The notes below the pieces were generated by a model. That model was not told the origin of the DNA. It saw only the letters and a program-made list of their open reading frames with translations, and ran no database searches. From UHGV virus genome UHGV-1773339: a stretch of 13,707 nucleotides of DNA; one strand, written 5' to 3'. Both the position numbers and the translations under genes were made by a program. This document shows, piece by piece, positions 6,713-13,707 of this stretch (the first letter of the stretch is position 1; the number at the start of each line of letters is the position of its first letter). This DNA comes from a virus.

Positions 6713-9700
6713 TCAGCTGATACTGATGCCTGCGGTGGCTTTCTTCATCACCACAACCAGCAAATCGCTGATACTTGCTGTGGGATACCAGCCATTTACC
6801 CACCATGCTGATACCGAAAACTCCAGTGTCATTACGCCACTGCCTGCAGGCATATCAATAACACCCGTGTAAATCAGAGTATTATCCAGAGCCGTTCGGT
6901 TATAAATTTCAGCCCCGTTTTTCTTCACTATCAGGCGGCATGACGAATAAGTATCGCTATTCTCCCGTTCATGTCTGGCACCGCTGAAAGCCACCGCTGG
7001 AATAACAATTTGCCGGTCAAACGGCTGATCGTCATAAACCCTGACGGTAATGGTCCCTGATGGCCACCGTTCCGGTGCACGGGAGTCCCGGGGGAAAGCT
7101 TTGCCCACTGTTTTAACGAGATCGCCTTCAATCTGGTTCGCGGACAGTTTTCCCAGAACCCGGCAATTCTCGTTAATCGTGACGTTGTTGAGCGTCCCGG
7201 AGTTCGCATTCACGTTACCGCTGATATCGGCATTTTTCGCCGTCAGCCGCCCGTCCGGTGTCAGGGAAAATGCCGGAGGATTACCGCCGCTGGTAATGGT
7301 GGGAGCCGTCAGGTATTTCAGGAACACTTCGTTCATGAATATCTGATCGCCCTGACCAACAAACATCGGCTTTGTGTTGCCATTCGCAGGATTAATCATC
7401 GCAATCCTGTCTGCCGCCAGCAGCACCTGACTCTGCATGCCGTCAGGGGTGTTTTCAATACCGGCACCAATACCCGCGATATAAAGGCGTCCGTCCTGCA
7501 TCTGCTGCAGCTTCACAGCCCACATGCTGTTCAGGTTATTATTTGTATCAACCTGAACCTTCTGTATCTGCTGGATCGCTGCACTCTGGTCTTCCAGTTT
7601 CTTATTGACGGTCTGCGTGATTTCATTACTGACATCCGTGATGGACGTTCTGATTTCCGCCAGGTCAGGCGCAAGCTGACCGTTATCAATCTGCGTCCAC
7701 AGCTCCTGAGCCAGATGGGTTTTCCCTATCTCTCCTTTGAAAAAATCCAGATAGCCGGATGCATCATCACTCGGCTGGCCAACAGCCTCCACGAATGCCG
7801 ATTTGCCAACGGTGTTCACACTGCGGATGTAAAAATAATAATCATGGCCCGGCTTGATATTGATACTGGCAGCTATCCAGTACAGCGCCGTGCCAAGATA
7901 GCGGGCTGTGGTTTCAACCTGCCTGATATCCGCAATCCGTTTTTCCGAGAACCAGAACTCAAACTGTACCGTCGGGTCATAAACCGCAAGATGCGGCGTG
8001 GCGGTTATCTGAAAATAGCCCGGCGTCAGCTCAATCCGCGACGGCGCTGCCGGTGCGGCAATCCGGAACGATACCGACGCCGGATCGCCCTGCTGCCCCC
8101 AGGCATTTGCCGCCCGGACTGTCAGCCTGTAGTTTCCCAACGCCAGTTGCGTGAAGCGGTATGTGGTTTCCGTCGTCCGGGCCGTGCTGACCAGCCGCTC
8201 ACTGCCGTCATCCGCTGCCACGGTCAGGCGAAGCATAAAGCTCACGCCCTTCACCACCTTCGGCGTGTCCCAGCGCGCCAGCACCTGGTATTCCCCGCTG
8301 TCTGCGGTGACTTCGGCGGTCAGGTGCTGCACCGCTGGCGGCGTGACACCATTCACCGTGCCGCTCTGGTCGCCGTCAAAGTGCGCCCCGTTATCCACGA
8401 TGGCTTCTTTTTCCGGTACATGCTGCACGGCAGTGATGGCATACGTGCCGTCGTCGTTCTCACGGATACTCACGCAGCGGAACAGGCGCTGGCGCAGCGT
8501 CGGCAGCTTCAGCCCCCACACGCTGTATTCTGCAACGCCGTCAGGAACCCGGCTCACTTTCACCTTCACGCCGTCGGTGACGGACTGGACCTCCACGCTG
8601 ACCGGATTGCCACTTCCGTCAACCAGGCTTATCAGCGTGGTGCCGGAGGATGGCAGCGTGATTTCACGGTCGAGCGTCAGCGTCCGGGTCTGGCTGTTCA
8701 CAGCCAGCACGCGCCCGCCGATGCTGATACCGGCATAGTCATCATCGCAGATTTCAATGACATCGCCCGGTACATGGCGAAGCCCTTCAGCACCCACGCT
8801 GAAGTCCACGGTCTGCGTTTCCAGCAGTTCCGTTTTAATCAGCCACAGCCCGGCGCGGTGTGCCTGCCCCCGGCTGGTACAGCCAAAGGCATCCATCTTC
8901 GTGACGTTACGACCGTAACGGGCAATGGCCTGCGTATCTTCAACAAGCTCTGTCGCCGTCTCCCAGCCGTTATTCGGGTCAATCCAGTTCACCTCAACGG
9001 CATTATGGCGGTCCTTCAGGGCGCTGAAACTGTAGCGGAACGGCGCGCCATCATCCGGCATCACCACATTACTGCGGTTATAGGTCCACACCTTATCCGA
9101 CGGTCGGTCCTGCACGAACGTCAGCGTCTGCCCGTTCCATACCGGCATACAGCGCATCGCCGAGCAGAAATCACTGAGCACATCCCACGCCTTGCGCTGT
9201 GTGGTCAGGTACGCATTACAGGTGATGCGCGGCTCCGTGCCGCCAAAGCCGTCCGGCACTGACTGGTCGCAGTACTGGCCGATGACATACAGCGCCCATT
9301 TATCCACATCCGCCGCACCAAGACGTTTCCCCATGCCGTAGCGCGGGTGGGTCAGCATATCCCACAGACACCAGGCCATGTTGTTGCTGTATGCCGGTTT
9401 AAACGTTCCGTCCCAGATACCGCTGTATTGCCGCGTCTGCGGGTTATAATTCGACGGCACCTGCAGAATACGCCCGCGCAGATGATAATTACGGCTCACC
9501 TGCTGGCTGCCGAACTGCTCCGAGTCCACCTGCACGCCGACCAGTGCCGTGTTCGGGTAGCACTGTTTCACATCGATGATTTCGGTGTATGACGACCAGA
9601 GCGTTTTGTTCTGCAGCTGGTCTGTGGTGCTGTCCGGCGTCATCCTGCGCATCCGTATATTGAACGGGCGCGGCGGCAGGTTATCCACCACCACCGAGGC

Positions 9701-10192
9701 CAGATACTGCGAGGTGGTTTTGCCCTTAATGGTGATGTCTTTTTCCGTCACCCAGCCACCGTTACGCTGTATCTGAACCAGCAGTCGGACCTCCGACGGA
9801 TTCCTGTCACCCTTTGAGGTGGTTTCCACCAGTGCCTGTACACCGAAGGTAAAGCGCAGACGGTCGATGTTTGCCGACGTGATGGTCCGGGTGATCGGCG
9901 TGTCATATTTCACTTCCGTACCCAGCACCGTCTCGGAGCCGGAGGATTCAAATCCCTCCGGCGGTGTCTGCTCCTGCTCACCTGCCCGGAAAACCACCGT
10001 GACACCGGAGATATTGGTATTCCCCTCACTGTCCAGCACTGGCGTACTGTTCAGCAGCACGCTTTTTAATCCATCCACCGGACCTTCAACCGGCCCTTCG
10101 CTGATGGCATCGATCACACTCAGCAACTGCGTGGACTTCAGGTTGTCCTTCGCTTCGCGCGGGGTATGCCCCTTACTGCTGCCTTTACCCAT
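6713..10192 (-). CDS. J: Tail tip / host specificity protein J (central tail fibre)
   Basis: 1159 aa ORF with ATG start, N-terminus '[20 protein letters not shown]' as in lambda gpJ. Size and position after I match the lambda order. The final ~1 kb of the gene has lower GC, as expected for a receptor-binding region. Confidence 0.95.
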   Translation of the reverse strand: MGKGSSKGHTPREAKDNLKSTQLLSVIDAISEGPVEGPVDGLKSVLLNSTPVLDSEGNTNISGVTVVFRAGEQEQTPPEGFESSGSETVLGTEVKYDTPITRTITSANIDRLRFTFGVQALVETTSKGDRNPSEVRLLVQIQRNGGWVTEKDITIKGKTTSQYLASVVVDNLPPRPFNIRMRRMTPDSTTDQLQNKTLWSSYTEIIDVKQCYPNTALVGVQVDSEQFGSQQVSRNYHLRGRILQVPSNYNPQTRQYSGIWDGTFKPAYSNNMAWCLWDMLTHPRYGMGKRLGAADVDKWALYVIGQYCDQSVPDGFGGTEPRITCNAYLTTQRKAWDVLSDFCSAMRCMPVWNGQTLTFVQDRPSDKVWTYNRSNVVMPDDGAPFRYSFSALKDRHNAVEVNWIDPNNGWETATELVEDTQAIARYGRNVTKMDAFGCTSRGQAHRAGLWLIKTELLETQTVDFSVGAEGLRHVPGDVIEICDDDYAGISIGGRVLAVNSQTRTLTLDREITLPSSGTTLISLVDGSGNPVSVEVQSVTDGVKVKVSRVPDGVAEYSVWGLKLPTLRQRLFRCVSIRENDDGTYAITAVQHVPEKEAIVDNGAHFDGDQSGTVNGVTPPAVQHLTAEVTADSGEYQVLARWDTPKVVKGVSFMLRLTVAADDGSERLVSTARTTETTYRFTQLALGNYRLTVRAANAWGQQGDPASVSFRIAAPAAPSRIELTPGYFQITATPHLAVYDPTVQFEFWFSEKRIADIRQVETTARYLGTALYWIAASINIKPGHDYYFYIRSVNTVGKSAFVEAVGQPSDDASGYLDFFKGEIGKTHLAQELWTQIDNGQLAPDLAEIRTSITDVSNEITQTVNKKLEDQSAAIQQIQKVQVDTNNNLNSMWAVKLQQMQDGRLYIAGIGAGIENTPDGMQSQVLLAADRIAMINPANGNTKPMFVGQGDQIFMNEVFLKYLTAPTITSGGNPPAFSLTPDGRLTAKNADISGNVNANSGTLNNVTINENCRVLGKLSANQIEGDLVKTVGKAFPRDSRAPERWPSGTITVRVYDDQPFDRQIVIPAVAFSGARHERENSDTYSSCRLIVKKNGAEIYNRTALDNTLIYTGVIDMPAGSGVMTLEFSVSAWWVNGWYPTASISDLLVVVMKKATAGISIS

Positions 10193-10213
10193 TCCTCACG
10201 CTCCATAAACGAC

Positions 10214-10234
10214 AAAACCGCCCGCAGGCGGTTT
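10214..10234 (-). other. Stem-loop in the I-J intergenic region (possible attenuator or RNA stability element)
   Basis: Inverted repeat aaaaccgcc / ggcggttt with a 4-nt loop. On the minus strand it is followed by tgtcgtttat (only partly U-rich) and then the J SD/ATG. Confidence 0.4.
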
Positions 10235-10252
10235 CACATAAAACATTTTGCA

Positions 10253-10924
10253 TCAGCGACCAATCACCACAACCTGACCACCGTCCCCCTCGTCTGCCGT
10301 GCTGATCTCCTGAGAAACCACGCGTGACCCCACGCGCATTTCCCCGTACAGAACAGGCAGAACATTGCCCTGGGCAACCATGTTATCCAGTGAGGAGAAA
10401 TAGGTGTTCTGCTTACCGTTATCCGTTGTCTGTGTACGGGGAGTTCTGGCTTTCGGTGCCAGCATCTGCGCCACACCACCGAGCACCATACTGGCACCGA
10501 GAGAAAACAGGATGCCGGTCATACCACCGGCCCCAATGGCTGCCCCCCATGCTGCAAGGGTGGCTCCGGCGGTAAAGAATGATCCGGCAATGGCGGCAGC
10601 CCCCAGGACAATCTGGAATACGCCACCTGACTTGGCCCCGGCGACTCTGGGAACAATATGAATCACAGCGCCATCAGGCAGAGTCTCATGTAACTGCGCC
10701 GTTAACCCGGACGTGCTGACGTCCCGCCCGGCAATCCGTACCTGATACCAGCCGTCGCTCAGTTTCTGACGAAACGCCGGGAGCTGTGTGGCCAGTGCCC
10801 GGATGGCTTCAGCCCCCGTTTTCACACGAAGGTCGATGCGGCGACCAAATCGTTGTAAATCCCCGTAAAGGCAGATGCGCGCCATGCCCGGTGACGCCAG
10901 AGGGAGTGTGTGCGTCGCTGCCAT
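10253..10924 (-). CDS. I: Tail tip assembly protein I
   Basis: 223 aa. Gly/Ala-rich hydrophobic central segment. Order K-I-J and size match lambda gpI. Confidence 0.9.
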   Translation of the reverse strand: MAATHTLPLASPGMARICLYGDLQRFGRRIDLRVKTGAEAIRALATQLPAFRQKLSDGWYQVRIAGRDVSTSGLTAQLHETLPDGAVIHIVPRVAGAKSGGVFQIVLGAAAIAGSFFTAGATLAAWGAAIGAGGMTGILFSLGASMVLGGVAQMLAPKARTPRTQTTDNGKQNTYFSSLDNMVAQGNVLPVLYGEMRVGSRVVSQEISTADEGDGGQVVVIGR

Positions 10925-11565
10925 TTGTCGGTGTACCTCTCTCGTTTGCTCAGTTGTTCAGGAATATGGTGCAGCAGCTCGCCGTCGCCGCAGTAAATTG
11001 CGGCGTGATTCGGCACCGATGAACCAAAACAGCACAGCAGCACATCGCCCGGCTGTGCCGCTGACAACGGCACCTGATACAGCCCCGTCGCCTCCAGATT
11101 ATCCAGATAGAGATTCTGGCCGTTACGCCACCAGTCATCCTCACGATGAAAGTCCGGCATCTCAATCCCCGCCAGATGATAAGCATCCCGGAACAGGGTG
11201 TAACAGTCCGTCACACCGTGCTCAAAGCGCCGCCCGGTAAGATGCGGCACACAGCGGAACTTATGAATCGTCCCCCGGCAGACCAGCCACCACGGCAAAT
11301 CACTCTGCACCTGCAGCCGCCGGTCGGCCTCACTCAGCCAGGGCAGACCACCGGGGTGGCTGTGGACCAGCGCCACAATCTCACCCTGCATTTCTGCCTG
11401 CAGCCAGTCTTCCGGCGACATACGGAAATACGCCTCCGGCTCACCGGAGATATTCACGCAGGGGAAATATCTTTCCCCCTCCGGCGTGCTTACCACGAAG
11501 CCGCACGACTCCGCTGGCGCACATCGCCGGGCGTGCGCCAGAATCGCTGATTCTGTCTGTGTCAT
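10822..11565 (-). CDS. K: Tail tip assembly protein K (JAMM/MPN plus NlpC/P60-like peptidase domains)
   Basis: 247 aa. JAMM motif HxHx7Sx2D present ('HSHPGGLPWLSEAD', H68/H70/S78/D81). Downstream Cys121 ('VTDCYTLF') and His residues consistent with an NlpC/P60-type fold. Overlaps I by 103 nt in another frame. Confidence 0.9.
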   Translation of the reverse strand: MTQTESAILAHARRCAPAESCGFVVSTPEGERYFPCVNISGEPEAYFRMSPEDWLQAEMQGEIVALVHSHPGGLPWLSEADRRLQVQSDLPWWLVCRGTIHKFRCVPHLTGRRFEHGVTDCYTLFRDAYHLAGIEMPDFHREDDWWRNGQNLYLDNLEATGLYQVPLSAAQPGDVLLCCFGSSVPNHAAIYCGDGELLHHIPEQLSKRERYTDKWQRRTHSLWRHRAWRASAFTGIYNDLVAASTFV

Positions 11566-11570
11566 GGGAT

Positions 11571-12269
11571 TTACTGCGAAAGTTTGTTAATGGAAAGGAA
11601 GCCGCCAAAGTTGCCGACGTTATTGCGAAACTTACAGCCACTCAGGCATTTGCTGCATTTATCCTTCGTGATATCGGACGTCGGCTGGTCATATTCATCC
11701 GCGACAGCCGGACCGTGATAACCGCACTCATCACCGCGATAGGTCCAGGTGCAGGTGTTGGCCAGCATGATACGTCCCGGAAAAACAGCGCCATCCGTTT
11801 CCGTCGGCGTGGACAGTACAAAGGAGGCACTCACCGCGCTCAGTTCGCTGCACTGCTCGATGCGCCAGCGGCTGATCACCTCCTGCTCCGGATCGGCGTC
11901 ACTGTTTCCGTTGACGAAGTTCACCGCATCCAGAAAACGGGCGTAAACCTTACGCCGGACCACCGTTCCGCCGACCAGACTCTGCAGGTCTTCCGCCATC
12001 CCGGTGACCATGCCGTGCAGGTTAGAAACCGTCAGTGTCGGACGGGCAGCACTGCCCTTGCCGTTCAGTTCAAATCCCGTCCCCTGAATGGGATACGGCT
12101 GATACTGTCGCCCCTGCCAGGTGACCGGCTCACCTTTTTCGTTCTGCTCATTACAGAAAAAATAACGTTCTCCACCGACCTCTGTCAGATCGATTTCCCA
12201 GAGCACCACGCTGGCCGACTGCTCCGCACGGGTGCATTCATTCAGTGTTTCCTGCCGGATATCCTGCAT
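11571..12269 (-). CDS. L: Tail tip protein L
   Basis: 232 aa. C-terminal Cys cluster ('DECGY...DKCSKCLSGCKF') consistent with the Fe-S-binding C-terminus described for lambda gpL. Start overlaps the M stop (TGATG). Confidence 0.92.
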   Translation of the reverse strand: MQDIRQETLNECTRAEQSASVVLWEIDLTEVGGERYFFCNEQNEKGEPVTWQGRQYQPYPIQGTGFELNGKGSAARPTLTVSNLHGMVTGMAEDLQSLVGGTVVRRKVYARFLDAVNFVNGNSDADPEQEVISRWRIEQCSELSAVSASFVLSTPTETDGAVFPGRIMLANTCTWTYRGDECGYHGPAVADEYDQPTSDITKDKCSKCLSGCKFRNNVGNFGGFLSINKLSQ

Positions 12270-12598
12270 CAGTTCACCACCTGTTTAAACTCTGCGCTGA
12301 ACTCAACACGCAGCATACTGACCCGCGACGACCATTTTGCGCAGGTCACCTTTATCTGCCTGTAACCATAAGGCGGCGTCCACAGAAAGGCCTTCCAGCC
12401 TCCGTGCTCTGCCAGAAACGACTCCAGCGCCGTGGCCTCCTCACGGGAGACAGACAGCGTCACGCTGTACGTTTTCAGGTTGGCATTCAGCCCGGCAGGC
12501 GCTCGCTGGGAATAGCCATCACCAAAGCGCACCTTTCTTACAGAAGGGGACGAAGCCACATCCATACCGGGTTTCACTTTCCAGCGGAAGGTTTTCAT
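12269..12598 (-). CDS. M: Tail tip protein M
   Basis: 109 aa, the size of lambda gpM. Start overlaps the H stop (ATGA at 12595-12598). Position between H and L. Confidence 0.92.
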   Translation of the reverse strand: MKTFRWKVKPGMDVASSPSVRKVRFGDGYSQRAPAGLNANLKTYSVTLSVSREEATALESFLAEHGGWKAFLWTPPYGYRQIKVTCAKWSSRVSMLRVEFSAEFKQVVN

Positions 12599-13707
12599 CG
12601 TCCACCTCCGGAGAACAGGCCACCATCACGCATCTGTGTCTGAATTTCATCACGGGCACCCTTGCGGGCCATGTCATACACCGCCTTCAGAGCAGCCGGA
12701 CCTATCTGCCCGTTCGTGCCATCGTTATTGATCTCGATGTTGTACTGCGGGGCAAACATCGCCATACCTGAACCACCAATATCCGCCACAACCCCCAGCT
12801 TACCGTCAGCACCACGACGCAGTGGCAGAATGGCTTCAGGTCCCGCTTCCCCCATCACACCCGCGCCTTTTGCAAAAGCAAAAAACGTCGGACGGTTAAC
12901 CACCGTGCCACTGTAACGACTCAAATCAGCAGACTGATAAATCCCCCCATTGGCATTCAGGGAAAGGCTGCTGAGATCAAATCCCAGTACACTGCCAATC
13001 CCTTTTATCGATTTCATCATGGTTGCCTGCGCCAGGATTTTCGCCATATCTGACAGCACAGAAGAGGTGAAGGATTTGAAATTGAGTTTGCCGGTAGTGA
13101 CAAAAGTTGCCAGGCCATTTCCCATGTTGCTGAAGGCTGACGAGAACACCTGTTCTGCTGTTCCTGCCGTATTATCTGCATCCACGGTAAAATCCTGAAA
13201 TGCACGCAGGACTCCGTTTTTCCAGTTACCCTGCACAACTTCAAGCTGTTGCCAGTAACGGCGATTCTCATTCAGTTGTCGGTTCAGGCTCTCCGTCAGC
13301 GCCTGCTCGGCCTTTCTGTAGTCATCCGTGTTATATGTTCCTTTCTGCTCACTATCCCGCCTCAACTGCTCCAGCTGTTGCTGGTATTTCTGGCGAAGAC
13401 TCAGTTGTATCTGATATCGCTGCCGCTGCTGATCACCCATACCCACCGTGGCGATATCCAGGTCATGTTGCTGACGCTGAGCGCGCTCTTCTTCAGCCAG
13501 TTGACTGGTCAGCTGAATTGTTTTTTTCTTCAGCTCGTTGAGTGCCGTCTGTTTCTGAAGCTCCTGCTGTTTTACATCCAGCAGCGTCAGTGCCTGAATC
13601 AGTTCATCTTTACGGGCCAGCACACTCTTTTCATCTGCCGTCAGTTTTTTCCCGTCCAGGTCGCTGATGCGCTGCTGCAGAGCCAGAAGCTGTTTATGCG
13701 CTTCTGT
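12595..13707 (-). CDS. H: Tail tape measure protein H, C-terminal part (5' end lies beyond the window)
   Basis: Reading frame stays open from 12598 to the right window edge. The track start at 13623 is an internal GTG. Coiled-coil-rich sequence followed by Gly-rich C-terminus. Position upstream of M. Confidence 0.88.
   Translation of the reverse strand, partial: TEAHKQLLALQQRISDLDGKKLTADEKSVLARKDELIQALTLLDVKQQELQKQTALNELKKKTIQLTSQLAEEERAQRQQHDLDIATVGMGDQQRQRYQIQLSLRQKYQQQLEQLRRDSEQKGTYNTDDYRKAEQALTESLNRQLNENRRYWQQLEVVQGNWKNGVLRAFQDFTVDADNTAGTAEQVFSSAFSNMGNGLATFVTTGKLNFKSFTSSVLSDMAKILAQATMMKSIKGIGSVLGFDLSSLSLNANGGIYQSADLSRYSGTVVNRPTFFAFAKGAGVMGEAGPEAILPLRRGADGKLGVVADIGGSGMAMFAPQYNIEINNDGTNGQIGPAALKAVYDMARKGARDEIQTQMRDGGLFSGGGR

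Noticed and set aside
8151-8738. 195 aa Ser/Thr-rich plus-strand ORF
   Set aside because: Antisense to J with no start context. Composition-driven.
7715-9262. 515 aa ORF on the plus strand
   Set aside because: Lies wholly antisense inside J. Arg/His/Pro-rich low-complexity translation typical of GC-rich antisense frames, with no RBS context and no domain-like pattern.
10875-11240. Plus-strand ORFs overlapping K and I (121 aa and others)
   Set aside because: Antisense to well-supported K and I. Arg/Pro-rich junk translations.
1-13707. CRISPR arrays, tRNA/rRNA genes, integrase/transposase, restriction-modification or other canonical defence genes
   Set aside because: No regularly spaced direct repeats, no cloverleaf-like conserved tRNA segments noticed, and no ORF with recombinase, nuclease, methyltransferase, helicase or reverse transcriptase motifs. 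Every large ORF is accounted for by partition or tail functions.

Overview
This window reads as the junction between a plasmid-type partition module and the distal end of a lambda-like tail operon, the architecture of an N15-type phage-plasmid. All calls come from reading the supplied translations and the DNA by eye; no database search or computation was run, so homology statements rest on recognised motifs and recalled family features. Plus strand: an AT-rich leader (1-276) with CTTTGC/GCAAAG hexamer repeats, then sopA (type Ia ParA ATPase) and sopB (ParB), overlapping by ATGA. Minus strand, convergent, from the right edge: the 3' part of tape-measure gene H (runs off the window), then M, L, K, I, J, lom, a mosaic side tail fibre, and three small tightly linked accessory ORFs (93 aa acidic, 234 aa coiled-coil plus peptidase-S74 domain, 95 aa membrane protein), ending at a bidirectional hairpin terminator facing sopB. 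No rRNA, tRNA, CRISPR array, integrase or transposase was seen. I cannot identify a canonical defence system (no nuclease, helicase, reverse transcriptase or methylase signatures). The best candidates for undescribed biology are in the lower-GC accessory block 2481-5100: the stand-alone S74 protein, the membrane moron and the novel distal fibre domain.
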